A stretch of 23,267 nucleotides of DNA, taken from the NCBI GenBank assembly GCA_043812975.1, contig JBDRLP010000023.1:1-23267 (forward strand). The letters are read 5' to 3'. The stretch comes from Candidatus Iainarchaeum sp. GTDB lineage: Archaea > Iainarchaeota > Iainarchaeia > Iainarchaeales > Iainarchaeaceae. The translations under genes were made by a program, and so were the position numbers. The notes beneath the pieces were generated by a model. It saw nothing but the letters and a program-made list of their open reading frames with translations, ran no database searches and was not told the DNA's origin. This document shows, piece by piece, positions 1 to 10,216 of the stretch (its first letter is position 1; every line of letters begins with the position of its first letter).

Positions 1-1
1 A

Positions 2-2512
2 GTAGAAGATAGTATAGATGATGAAGAAGAAGCAAATGACGATGTAAGTTCCGCAGTAGACCAGACTGTTCCTTCTGCACAAGAGGGAATTGATCAGGGA
101 AATGTTTCTTCAGATGCTATTACTGAGGAAGATGGAGCAATTCCTGAATGTAATGATTTGGGCACTGCTGCAAGAGCAACTGAAGCAGCAAACGGTTTCA
201 AGTGGGGAACCTACGGTGAAATAATGGGTTCATATATCGGGCTTGGATTCATTGGAGGAGGAGTCACAGGAGGGATGTTTGGAGATGAAGCAGACAGGTG
301 CGGTAAAAAAGTTAAACAAGAATTGCAGGACTGGATAATTAATTTAGCTCCGGGAGTTAGTTCACAGTTTAGCAGCATGGAAGAAAATAGTTTGCAAGAC
401 CTTATGGGTGAAGGAAACTTATTAGATAATTTTGGAAGTGCGTTTGCCTTAGGTTCTAATTCAGGAGATGCTTTGCCAATATATTCAGACATCAATGGAT
501 TGAAAGTTGACTGGAACACTGAAGATGCAAAATCAATAGGTCAGTTTGCTAAGCAGACAGTAGGAATAGTATTTGAAAACACAGGCCTTGAAGAAGAAGA
601 AAAATATGTTTACTCAACAGTTAATTTCAGGGCAACAAAACACATTCATGATAATCCGACAAGGATTCCTAGTGGAATAGACTTCTTTGGACAATTTAAT
701 GTTCCGGATAGCTCGGTTCAACCGATTAACCAAAAATTCCATTTAAGATTCCAGACCGGGGAAGAACAAAGACAATTAATTAATACTGGATTCGGTGCAA
801 AATCATGCGAGGTTGGAAACAAAATTGGTTACACAGGGCCTGAAATGAAACCGAGAATAAAACTTAACTGGGATTGGGCAGATTTCAGCGAATACATTTG
901 TGATGAAGATAATCCTGATTATGTTTACTGTGACGCTGTTCAGTTTAACATGGAAGCAAACTACAAAATAAACGCAATAAGAGAATTCATTGAAGTAAAC
1001 CACAATATATTGCCTTGCCCAACAAACCCTGCACAAGTAATATTGGATGAACTCTCCGAAGAATTATCAGACCTTGGTTTCTATGAAGCTCCTGCCCCAA
1101 GTCTTGAATGCTGGATGCCGAGAACAACAACCCTTATTGATGGAAGGCCTGCTTTGGATTACTATATTGAAGAGAATGTTTCACGAGTAAAATGGCTTCC
1201 TGAATACGGAATAAACAACAGACAGGATTTAATGGATTTGATAACTTTCAACACCTATTTGATACAGGACGGGTATAGTGAAGATATGTTAAGTGACTTT
1301 GAAAACTTTAATAATAATCAGGGATTTGTACAGACTCCGGAATTCTTTAACAGGTTAAGAATGGGAGATGAGAATAAAACTTATGGCCTGGACGAGTATT
1401 ACAAACGTGGAAAAATAAACTTCTACAAGAGATATGATGAAAGCGCAGTAAAATTATCAGGCCCTGGAAAATACAGAGCACACATAAAAATAGAATTTGA
1501 GGATGGATGGGGTTTCTTTGATTCAGAAGACAATTTACTTGCTGACATAAAAATAGAATTAAGCCTTATTGATGAACCAAAGATTGATAATGCATTATAC
1601 AGAATTCCATTTGACGGACTCGTAGGAACTGAAACAGGCGGGATTTATGACAGACAGGGTTACGGAACTGTATATGAAAATGAAGGAGAATTATTATACA
1701 TTGATAATTCTGCAACCCCGACAATAAGTTATCCTGGAGAAGGAAGCAATTCTATTGCACAAGCAGATGTAAAAATTAGCAGAGATCTTTATTCTTTGAA
1801 TGCTTCTCCAAGCACAAGAGGAATGATTCTTGAAATCAATAATCCGACAGGAACAAGAAAAAGCATTACTTTCCAGCCAGCAAATGCAACTCCAGTAATA
1901 ATGGAAGTGGCTAAGAACAGCACAACCGATGAGCCTTTCAGTGCAGTCTATGAAATAATTGAAAACGATGTTCCTCTTAGCATCGGCACGAGTTCAACTT
2001 ACTGGAACGGAGCAGGAAACTGTTATGATTTCACAGGAGAACCCGCAACTCAGAGTTTTTACGAACAACCCGATAGGATTGTTGTTGAGGAAGATGGTTT
2101 ATTAGACTGGAAAGACAAGTATGCGGTTGACTGGCCTAATGCAAATAGTACAGGAAATACTTATCTGAGGACAATTTATTATTCTGACCCGCTTAGGGAA
2201 ACAGTGCTTAGTTCGGTTAAGGGACCTGATGGATTAAAGTTTTATTCAGCAGACGAATCAGGAAGCAAGGTTCACTTAGACGGAGTTTCCTCAATGCCTT
2301 ACAACAGCAATATTGGAGGTACTGCTGGCGCTATTAATTCAATTAAAGATGTGTTTGGATTAGTTGATGCAGGAATGATTTGTGTTACTAATAGCAGCAA
2401 TTCCACAAAGTTCTGGTGGACTCCAAAAGTTATTTATGATTCACAAGGATCTCAAAGAAACATTTCAAATATGACAAATGATTTACAAGCAGGAAGTACT
2501 TGTATTGGCTAA
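2..2512 (+). CDS. Giant surface protein, C-terminal part (5'-truncated by the window edge); paralog of 2583..9854
   Basis: The frame is open from position 2 (VEDSIDDEEEAND...), so the TTG at 158 is probably not the true start. Colinear blocks shared with the next ORF: FGQFNVPDS/FGPFNVPDS, YCDAVQF/YCDATQF, PFDGLVG, YLRTIYYSDPL/YLRTIIYTDPL, LQAGSTCIG/LTAGDTCIG. Confidence 0.85.
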   Translation, partial: VEDSIDDEEEANDDVSSAVDQTVPSAQEGIDQGNVSSDAITEEDGAIPECNDLGTAARATEAANGFKWGTYGEIMGSYIGLGFIGGGVTGGMFGDEADRCGKKVKQELQDWIINLAPGVSSQFSSMEENSLQDLMGEGNLLDNFGSAFALGSNSGDALPIYSDINGLKVDWNTEDAKSIGQFAKQTVGIVFENTGLEEEEKYVYSTVNFRATKHIHDNPTRIPSGIDFFGQFNVPDSSVQPINQKFHLRFQTGEEQRQLINTGFGAKSCEVGNKIGYTGPEMKPRIKLNWDWADFSEYICDEDNPDYVYCDAVQFNMEANYKINAIREFIEVNHNILPCPTNPAQVILDELSEELSDLGFYEAPAPSLECWMPRTTTLIDGRPALDYYIEENVSRVKWLPEYGINNRQDLMDLITFNTYLIQDGYSEDMLSDFENFNNNQGFVQTPEFFNRLRMGDENKTYGLDEYYKRGKINFYKRYDESAVKLSGPGKYRAHIKIEFEDGWGFFDSEDNLLADIKIELSLIDEPKIDNALYRIPFDGLVGTETGGIYDRQGYGTVYENEGELLYIDNSATPTISYPGEGSNSIAQADVKISRDLYSLNASPSTRGMILEINNPTGTRKSITFQPANATPVIMEVAKNSTTDEPFSAVYEIIENDVPLSIGTSSTYWNGAGNCYDFTGEPATQSFYEQPDRIVVEEDGLLDWKDKYAVDWPNANSTGNTYLRTIYYSDPLRETVLSSVKGPDGLKFYSADESGSKVHLDGVSSMPYNSNIGGTAGAINSIKDVFGLVDAGMICVTNSSNSTKFWWTPKVIYDSQGSQRNISNMTNDLQAGSTCIG

Positions 2513-2541
2513 ATAAATGCATTTACTACAATTAAGCAATA

Positions 2542-2549
2542 TTTATTAA
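2542..2549 (+). promoter_or_regulatory. Putative archaeal TATA box (TTTATTAA) upstream of the giant protein gene
   Basis: TATA-like octamer preceded by AAGCAATA, about 33 nt before ATG 2583. The AT-rich context lowers specificity. Confidence 0.4.
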
Positions 2550-2582
2550 TAGCTAAAACTCTTAGTATTTGGGCTTTTTTTA

Positions 2583-5500
2583 ATGACGTATGAAGATGAT
2601 TACACCGAAGAACCGGAAGGTATTGACCAACGTGTTCTTATCGGAGTATCGGTTGTCGGAGTAATAATTATTATTATTGCTGCTTTTTTTCTTTTATCCC
2701 AAAATACTGGAAACTCAGAACTAACTGTAAAAATTGAGAATGCTGAATCTCAGGGCCTTTGGAAAGCACAGGTAAAAATTATTGGATTGGAAGAAACACT
2801 CAGTGTCACTACTGATAGATTTGGAAGAGCTACTTTTTTAGATATTCCTCAGGGGCAGGAAATCAAAATAGAGGCTTCTGGTTCGGGTTTTGAAAAAGCA
2901 GTGAAAAACATTACGCTTACTCAGGAAAATGAAACAATTACACTAAAACTTATTGCAAATCTTGATAATCAAGCGCACATAAAAACAATTACTTTTGTCG
3001 GACCAAGCGGAATAAGACTTGACGGCGAACTTATTACTGTTGATTTGAGTTGTTCAACAGGAATGCTTCTTGATGAACCAATACAATATGTGTCCACTGG
3101 ATTTTTAGACGTAGAAGTCCCAAGCGGATGCGGTACTTTGCTTGCAAATGTAAGTGCAACAGGATATGAATCTGGAAATTATTCTTTGGATGAAACTCAA
3201 ATAATAAGACTTCAGGAATTAATAACAGAAGAAGGAACAATTAAGGCCACGGTTGAAGATTCTAACGGAAGGTTTTTGGACAATATAGAAGTTTCAATTA
3301 GTGATTCTTATGGAGTCTCAACAGGTTTCAGAGAATTCACAAGTTTTGGAGAAGTAAAGTTTTCTTTAGAACCTGGTTCTTACAAGGCTTTTGCTTTTGA
3401 TCCTGCTGCTAAGTATGCTGATGCCGAACAAATTTTTTCAATCAGCCCTAATAGCCAGACAAAAATTTCTTTGATTATGGATGAAATATCACTTGGAAGC
3501 ATTAAGGCAAAAGCAGTTAGTAAAAGCAGTGGTGCTGAAATAATCAATGCTTTGATTACAATTGAGAATCCTTCCGGTGAAAAAATTTCTCAGGAATTCA
3601 AAGAAGAATTTGTTGAATTTCCAATAACTGAAAAAGGAACCTACACATTAGTTGCTACTGCTGAAGGATTTATTATAAGCGCAGAAATTGAAGTTAATTC
3701 TGATAATGCAAACGGAATTTATGAATTAGAGTTAGCTCCCTGCACTCCAAGTACTTGCGGTTTGTTAAAAATTATTGTTAAGGATGAAGATGATATTCCT
3801 GTTTCTAATGTAAGAGTTGGTTTGACTGACCCTGAAACAGGATTTTTCTTACAAGAATACGGATTGAAATACACCAACGGAGAGGGCATTGTCAATTTTA
3901 CTGGTTTAGAATCCGGAACTTATGCAATTATAGCTCAAAAATATCCTGCAGAAGGAACCTCTGATTCTTTCAAAATGTCTCAGGACACTGATACTGAAAT
4001 TGAAGTTGAATTGGTTATTGGAGAAGGAACAATTATTGTTGAAGCAGTTGACTCCCAAGGCAAAGCAATTCCATTCGGCTTTGCTGAATTTTTAGGAAGT
4101 GATGGCAAATCATTTGGACGGCTTCCTCTTGATTCTGAAGGAAAAGGAACACTGGTAACTAAAGCGGACAAAAAAGTATATGTGAGGGTTGAGTCTGAAG
4201 GTTATACAAATTATACTTCTAGATTATTCCAGGTTTATCCGAATGAAATTAATACTATTAATGCAAAAATGCAGAAGGAAATTCTTGGAGATTCTCCAAA
4301 AATAGAATTTGTCGGAATGTTCAATGAAACCAATTCACCGGTAAAGGGTTTGAGTGCAGGAAAAACTTTCAAAGCAAGGTTTAAGGTTAGTATTCCTACT
4401 GAATCAGATTATGAACAAGTAGGAGTTTTCTTAAGAGTTGGAGAAGAAAACCTGGTTGAAAAGGATGATATTTACATTGAAAAAATTAATGCTCCGACAA
4501 CATCGGTTATGAAAGGCGCTACTTATACTCCGCCAACAGGGGAAGAAGAAGATGAAAGTAACTTAACTAATAATGAAGCTAAATGGGCTACTGCTGTTTG
4601 GGATGAAACAGTACAGGGAATTTATGATGTTGAAATGGAAATAGTTGTGAGAGATTCAACAACACCTGCAAAATATTTGCCGATTTTTTACAGAGTATAT
4701 GCGATTAATGGAAATGGCGAAGTTTTAAGAGATCCTTTTGATTCTGAATTAGGAACCGGAGAAGAAACACCATTAAAACAGGCTCTTTATGCTGAGACTT
4801 ATGAAAAAGGTTACAATGAAAATGCCATTGAAGAATGTTTTGAAGATTTTTGTTACAGTGAAAGAGTGCTTGATATACAAGAAGGGCTCTTTATACATTC
4901 TCCGTTCGATGTTCGTATTTTTGGAAATTACCAGCTTGATTTTTCAATAACAAATAATTCAAAAAGGATTCATGACAATGCAGAAATCAGAATAATGAAT
5001 TCCTCAAACGGAGTCTTTCCGGAAGAAAACTTAAAGATCTTATCTTATAGCATTGTGAATTCTGATTCACAGGAGTTCTCATCAGGAAACGAAACATTTG
5101 AGTTACCTTCCTTTGCTTTAGGTGATTTCAGACAAAATAAAACAATCAATGCAAGGTTTGATTTAAGGCCTGAAGAATTAGGAAATACCGCTTTGCTTGT
5201 TCAGATTGTTTCAGATAACCAGTTAGTGTTTGAAAAGTTTATTTCTTTCAACAGTGTAAGCAGAGAAGACCTGAAGGTTACTGTGTTCCCTGAAGTTCTG
5301 CCTGCGTTTACTGAATTTGATTTGAATGTTAATGTAATGCTGATTGACAAAGATGATGATTTTGAAGCAGTTAATGATGCAATGGTCAGGGTTGAAAGAA
5401 TAACTCCTGACCGAGAAGAAACCGTGTTTATCTCAAGCACTAACGGAGACGGACTTGCTTTAATCAGGATTCCTCCTTCTGATCCAAAAACAAGAGTAAA

Positions 5501-8500
5501 AATAAGAGTTGAGAAAGAAGGTTACGCCGCTAAAACAGTAAAGTTAAAAGTAAGCGATGAGATTTTAGAATTTGACCCTGAAAAACTTGATTCCACATTA
5601 GATCTCACAAATAATAATGATGAAAAATTATCTCTTAAAATCAAAAACCTGGTTCCGGTAACTTTGCATTTAACCAAGTCAAACTTCAGTATTAATTCAT
5701 TAGGATTGTTAGATGAATTAAGGATGAATAATTTCCTTGCACAATATGTTGATAATTCTCAGTTGCCTTATCAGAAATCATCTGAAGTTAAATTATTGAC
5801 AGCAATTAGTGAGGATGCAAGACTTCTTGATTCAGTTAAGGAACTTAAAGGAAGTGTATTCTTCGAGGTTTCTAATGCTGGTGAAACAATTTTCTGGCCA
5901 ATGGAAGTCCCGATTAATATTACAATTAATCTTGCTGAACCTCCAAAGAACCCTGGGTGTATTGAAGTTTCTTTGAAAGAATGGAAAGCCGCAACTATTT
6001 CAGGAAAAGCACAAACTGAATTCCAAATAACAAATAATTGTCTGAACCAGAATAATGAGCCTCTTGACTTGAGAAATTTGCAGGCAAAAATTGACTGGAA
6101 AAGCAACAAGTTTGGTAATGTTGAATTAATTGTAACAGATCCTGAAACAGGACAGGAAGCACAGGCTGTTTTAATCGAGGAACTTTATTCAATTATGTTT
6201 GATTTGTTTCCCGGAGGAGCACAGTATAATGGTTTGCTTGTTTTCACTCCAAAAGGAGGAACCTCAGGAGAAAAAGCAAAGTTCAGTGTTATTATTGATG
6301 CTGGTCAGATAACAAATTCAGGAGAACAATTAGCTGGATCAAGCAATGATATTCAAGGCGAAATTGACATTATTGATTTAGCACAATGCATACAATATAC
6401 TCCTGATGCAGAAGCAGGAGTAATTTTACAGCCAACTGAACAGGAAGGAACACTCGGAATTGATATTAGTAATTGCGGAAACGTTACTGCTGATTTCTGG
6501 CTTTGTAAAGAAGACACAGGATGTTCAGGCGGTGTTGAAGGGCAAATAATTGTACAGCCTGATAAGTTTACACTTAACTCCAGCAATTCTACAAAAACTG
6601 TTCTTATTGGAAGGCAACCAATTTCAGGAATGTACGGGATTGATGTTCAGGTCAGAACTCCGGGAAGCAATTATCATTCAGTTGGCTTGGTTGATGTTCT
6701 TGTAAAACCAAGACCAGAAGATGCTTTTGAATTATCCAAATATGAATTTGTTACAATTGGAATTGGTTCAAAGGATTCAGCAGAACTAACCAACAGATAC
6801 TTATCAGAAACCGTTACTGTAGATGCAAGCATTTGTGACTGGGGTGATGCTGAGAGAGAAGAAGAGAAAAAAGATAGCTGGTTTGACTGGAAAAATGCCG
6901 GAATCGGAGCAGCCATCGGAGCACTTTCAGGCCTTAACAAAGCAAGGGATGCACAAAAAGCAGCAGCAAACAAGGAAGCTTTGCTTTCAAGTGATGCTTT
7001 AGATCAGGCTAAAGAAGAAACAAAAAATACACAAGCCACTGATGAAGTTACTAAAGGAGAGCATGAAGCACTTTGCAAGACATTGAAGACGAATGTCACT
7101 GCAGCTAACAGCGCTTCCAGTGCTTGTTCAGGAACTGTCGGAGCATCAGCTACATCTTCGGCTAAAACTAAGATTACCTCAGCAAAAACACAGTGTGAAA
7201 CAATGAATAAAGATTTAGAAAATCTTGCTGCATCCGATGATAAAAGTGTGCTTAGCACAGCTGCAGGCACTAATGCAAATACTGGAGAAAATCTACTTGG
7301 AAATGTTTTAAGTAACTTTGATCTTACAAACAGCAAAGTATTGGAAACTCTAACCAAAAACACAACAGGAATGGCAACCGGACTTGAAGCAGCTGCTGCA
7401 TCGTATGAAACAGCAGCAGCTCAGGCTGCGGCACAATGTTCAGCTACCCAACCTCAGGCATGTTCTTGTGCAAGTGCTATTCAAAATGCATTACCCCCAA
7501 CAAATGCAAGTATTACTGATTTGAAAGCTTACAGTAAACAGGCACTTGCTGATTCAAAAGATGCACTTGAAACTGTAACTGATTCAGTTGGTAATGCAAA
7601 GGATTCTATTGGCGATTCATTTGACAAAATTGAACCACTTACTAAATCTTCTTCTGGCGCTGGAAAGTTTGCTAGTGTACTGGCAACAAATGCATTAACT
7701 GGATTCCTGCTTGGTGGTTTGACTGGAGGCCTGTTTGGTGAAGATAAAGAAGATGTTTGTTTACAAAGAAGAATAGCTGATTTGCCGGATTATGTGATTA
7801 ATGTTCTGGATGACCTCAGAGGAATTGATTCAGAAACCCGTAAATTCGGATACCAATTAGACAAGAGTTCGGCACAGGTTATTGGTGAATATGATTTGCA
7901 AAAAGTAGGAATGGTTGTAACAAACCGCAATGAAGAAAACCCGAAGCCTGTGTTTGACACAGCAACATTCAATGCAACACAGCATTTACATGCTGATCCG
8001 ACAGAAATCGAAAAAGGCACCAGTAACTTTGGACCATTTAATGTTCCGGACAGTGAAACTCAGCAGATAGCTCAGAAGATTCATATGAAATTCAAAACTC
8101 AGGAAGCAGTTGAAACTATTCCTGATTTATCATTCGATACACTTTCATGTGTTTCAGGAAGCAAGATTGGAAGAACCGGCACAGGAGCTTTACCAAAAGT
8201 TTCATTGAACTGGAGCTTTAGTTCAAACGGAATAACAAGAGATGCTTGTTTAGAAGAAAACCCTGATGCAATTTACTGCGATGCAACACAGTTCTCAATA
8301 ATGTTAAGCAAAAGAATGCACAGCCTGAAAGAATTTTTTGACGCAAACCCAGCATTAGAATGTCCTCACAATCCTTACGCAGATACACTTGATAACATGT
8401 CGGAATTATTAGAAATTAGTTCTCAGGATTTTCTTCCGGAAGAATGCTATATTCCGACAACAGAAGGAATGCTTGAGGGAAGACCTGCAATAATGCAGTA

Positions 8501-9854
8501 CCTTGATTCAATGGTTATTAACAGCACACAAGAAATAAAAAGTTCTGCTGAATTTGAAAAAACAATACATTTCAATGCATTGTTAATGAGGGATGCTTTT
8601 TCAGATGACTTCCAGAAAGACTTTGCAAAGCACTATTCTGATGAAAGATTCTTTGATACTCCTGACTGGTTCTATGGCCTTGCATTGGATTCTGATGGAG
8701 AAAGTTATGGTTTGGCAAAGTTATACGAAGAAGGCAGAATAAATTTCACAAACAGGTTCTTTGAATCAAACGCATTATCAAGCGCAGGTCTTTATGATAT
8801 AATTTTAAGCATCAGGAGTGATAGTGATAGTTATAATTTCTTCAATTCTGATGGTTCTCCTAATGTCTGGATTGATGTTGAATTCCAGTTATTACAGGAA
8901 CCTAATCCTAATTCAGCATTCTACTCAATGCCATTCGACGGACTTGTAGGATTGCAGGGAAATAGTTTCAGCAGAAATGGTTACGGAATCAGCTTTGACA
9001 ATGAAACAACCGCAAACTTAATCACAATAAACAACGATCCTCAGCCTGCAAAAACTTACAGTGATGCAGGATCTAATCCTGTTGTGTTTGCTAGTTCCTC
9101 ATTTGAAAACAGTTTCTATGCGTTGAATACTTCCGCATCAGAAAGAGGAAATTTATTACAATTAGAAAAAGTTTCAAGCACAGGAGCTTACTTAAAGTTC
9201 AGTCCTTCAAAAGCAACTCCGCTTTTGTTAAAAATTAGTGCAGATGAAGTAAGTGATGATGACTTATCAGCATTCTATTTAGTAACAGCAAGAGATGTTC
9301 CTATTGATACCGGAGCCACAATGACTTTCTGGGAAGGCGCAGGAGCTTGTTTGGATCCAAGCGGGGTTATTATTACAGAAACATTTGACCAGAAACCTGA
9401 CAGAGCTGCTGCTAGTACTGATCCTGTTGTTAACTGGCAATCAGCTTATGCAGTTGATTTCGGAGAAGTGATTTACACAGGAGATGTTTATCTGAGAACA
9501 ATTATTTACACTGACCCGTTAAGTATTTCAAGTATTAAAGCAGAACACCCTGCCAATAAAATGGACTTCTTAACTCCTGATGCAATAGGACAGGAAGTTC
9601 AACTTGGCGGTGTCGGAGGAATTCCATACAACAGTGTTTCAGGAGGAAGCACAGGAAACATTAACAGCGTGGAGGATGTGTTTGAATTAGTTGAGACAGA
9701 AATGGTTTGTGTAGTTGATTCAGGAAGAAAAGCAAACTTTTTCTGGAACCCGAAAGCAATTTATGAAATGACGGGTTCACAAAGAAATGTTTCAGAGTTT
9801 ACAAATTCATTAACCGCAGGAGACACTTGCATAGGTTTTGGGGGGATCAAATGA
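2583..9854 (+). CDS. 2423-aa membrane-anchored giant surface protein with N-terminal carboxypeptidase-regulatory/CnaB-like beta-sandwich repeats
   Basis: Short acidic N-terminus, then one TM segment (VLIGVSVVGVIIIIIAAFFLL). Repeated units of the type G.L.V.V.D..G....A.V....TD..G...F..L..G.Y...A...GY. Many Cys residues and N-x-S/T sequons; no C-terminal anchor. Confidence 0.85.
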   Translation: MTYEDDYTEEPEGIDQRVLIGVSVVGVIIIIIAAFFLLSQNTGNSELTVKIENAESQGLWKAQVKIIGLEETLSVTTDRFGRATFLDIPQGQEIKIEASGSGFEKAVKNITLTQENETITLKLIANLDNQAHIKTITFVGPSGIRLDGELITVDLSCSTGMLLDEPIQYVSTGFLDVEVPSGCGTLLANVSATGYESGNYSLDETQIIRLQELITEEGTIKATVEDSNGRFLDNIEVSISDSYGVSTGFREFTSFGEVKFSLEPGSYKAFAFDPAAKYADAEQIFSISPNSQTKISLIMDEISLGSIKAKAVSKSSGAEIINALITIENPSGEKISQEFKEEFVEFPITEKGTYTLVATAEGFIISAEIEVNSDNANGIYELELAPCTPSTCGLLKIIVKDEDDIPVSNVRVGLTDPETGFFLQEYGLKYTNGEGIVNFTGLESGTYAIIAQKYPAEGTSDSFKMSQDTDTEIEVELVIGEGTIIVEAVDSQGKAIPFGFAEFLGSDGKSFGRLPLDSEGKGTLVTKADKKVYVRVESEGYTNYTSRLFQVYPNEINTINAKMQKEILGDSPKIEFVGMFNETNSPVKGLSAGKTFKARFKVSIPTESDYEQVGVFLRVGEENLVEKDDIYIEKINAPTTSVMKGATYTPPTGEEEDESNLTNNEAKWATAVWDETVQGIYDVEMEIVVRDSTTPAKYLPIFYRVYAINGNGEVLRDPFDSELGTGEETPLKQALYAETYEKGYNENAIEECFEDFCYSERVLDIQEGLFIHSPFDVRIFGNYQLDFSITNNSKRIHDNAEIRIMNSSNGVFPEENLKILSYSIVNSDSQEFSSGNETFELPSFALGDFRQNKTINARFDLRPEELGNTALLVQIVSDNQLVFEKFISFNSVSREDLKVTVFPEVLPAFTEFDLNVNVMLIDKDDDFEAVNDAMVRVERITPDREETVFISSTNGDGLALIRIPPSDPKTRVKIRVEKEGYAAKTVKLKVSDEILEFDPEKLDSTLDLTNNNDEKLSLKIKNLVPVTLHLTKSNFSINSLGLLDELRMNNFLAQYVDNSQLPYQKSSEVKLLTAISEDARLLDSVKELKGSVFFEVSNAGETIFWPMEVPINITINLAEPPKNPGCIEVSLKEWKAATISGKAQTEFQITNNCLNQNNEPLDLRNLQAKIDWKSNKFGNVELIVTDPETGQEAQAVLIEELYSIMFDLFPGGAQYNGLLVFTPKGGTSGEKAKFSVIIDAGQITNSGEQLAGSSNDIQGEIDIIDLAQCIQYTPDAEAGVILQPTEQEGTLGIDISNCGNVTADFWLCKEDTGCSGGVEGQIIVQPDKFTLNSSNSTKTVLIGRQPISGMYGIDVQVRTPGSNYHSVGLVDVLVKPRPEDAFELSKYEFVTIGIGSKDSAELTNRYLSETVTVDASICDWGDAEREEEKKDSWFDWKNAGIGAAIGALSGLNKARDAQKAAANKEALLSSDALDQAKEETKNTQATDEVTKGEHEALCKTLKTNVTAANSASSACSGTVGASATSSAKTKITSAKTQCETMNKDLENLAASDDKSVLSTAAGTNANTGENLLGNVLSNFDLTNSKVLETLTKNTTGMATGLEAAAASYETAAAQAAAQCSATQPQACSCASAIQNALPPTNASITDLKAYSKQALADSKDALETVTDSVGNAKDSIGDSFDKIEPLTKSSSGAGKFASVLATNALTGFLLGGLTGGLFGEDKEDVCLQRRIADLPDYVINVLDDLRGIDSETRKFGYQLDKSSAQVIGEYDLQKVGMVVTNRNEENPKPVFDTATFNATQHLHADPTEIEKGTSNFGPFNVPDSETQQIAQKIHMKFKTQEAVETIPDLSFDTLSCVSGSKIGRTGTGALPKVSLNWSFSSNGITRDACLEENPDAIYCDATQFSIMLSKRMHSLKEFFDANPALECPHNPYADTLDNMSELLEISSQDFLPEECYIPTTEGMLEGRPAIMQYLDSMVINSTQEIKSSAEFEKTIHFNALLMRDAFSDDFQKDFAKHYSDERFFDTPDWFYGLALDSDGESYGLAKLYEEGRINFTNRFFESNALSSAGLYDIILSIRSDSDSYNFFNSDGSPNVWIDVEFQLLQEPNPNSAFYSMPFDGLVGLQGNSFSRNGYGISFDNETTANLITINNDPQPAKTYSDAGSNPVVFASSSFENSFYALNTSASERGNLLQLEKVSSTGAYLKFSPSKATPLLLKISADEVSDDDLSAFYLVTARDVPIDTGATMTFWEGAGACLDPSGVIITETFDQKPDRAAASTDPVVNWQSAYAVDFGEVIYTGDVYLRTIIYTDPLSISSIKAEHPANKMDFLTPDAIGQEVQLGGVGGIPYNSVSGGSTGNINSVEDVFELVETEMVCVVDSGRKANFFWNPKAIYEMTGSQRNVSEFTNSLTAGDTCIGFGGIK

Positions 9855-10216
9855 TTCCGCTTTTTATTTTTGAATTATTTGATGATGCAAACCTTGTAAT
9901 AAAAATTTTTGTTTTAATGACTCTTGTTAGTTGGGTAAAAAATCACGTAGGCACTGGCCCCTTGTCATGGATCTTGGTAGGCGGAATGGGTTATTTTATT
10001 TTGTTTGATGGCTGGAAAATTTTCGGACCGATTTATATTCTGTATATGTTGTTAATGTTCGGAGTCAGTGGAATTCTTATTGACTTCTTCTTTGTTGGAG
10101 GCGGCTCAGGAGGCGGAGGGGAAAAAGGAATGGAAAGTCCAGTGAGTAGCGGAGTTGACATACAAAGAAGAATGGCTTCACAAGCAGCCAATAAAATGAG
10201 GAGGCCCGGAGGATGA
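9851..10216 (+). CDS. Small multi-pass membrane protein (paralog 1) with a Gly-rich, basic C-terminal tail
   Basis: Start reassigned to ATG 9851, which overlaps the TGA of the giant ORF (ATGA) and follows a G-rich SD-like run. About 3 hydrophobic segments. Confidence 0.75.
   Translation: MIPLFIFELFDDANLVIKIFVLMTLVSWVKNHVGTGPLSWILVGGMGYFILFDGWKIFGPIYILYMLLMFGVSGILIDFFFVGGGSGGGGEKGMESPVSSGVDIQRRMASQAANKMRRPGG

Noticed and set aside
158..160. TTG at 158 as start of the first protein
   Set aside because: The frame is open to the window edge and the paralog is about 1650 aa longer at its N-terminus.
211..8020. Many short minus-strand ORFs opposite the two giant genes
   Set aside because: They are antisense shadows of long, strongly coding ORFs, with Ser/Leu/Phe-rich composition and no motifs.
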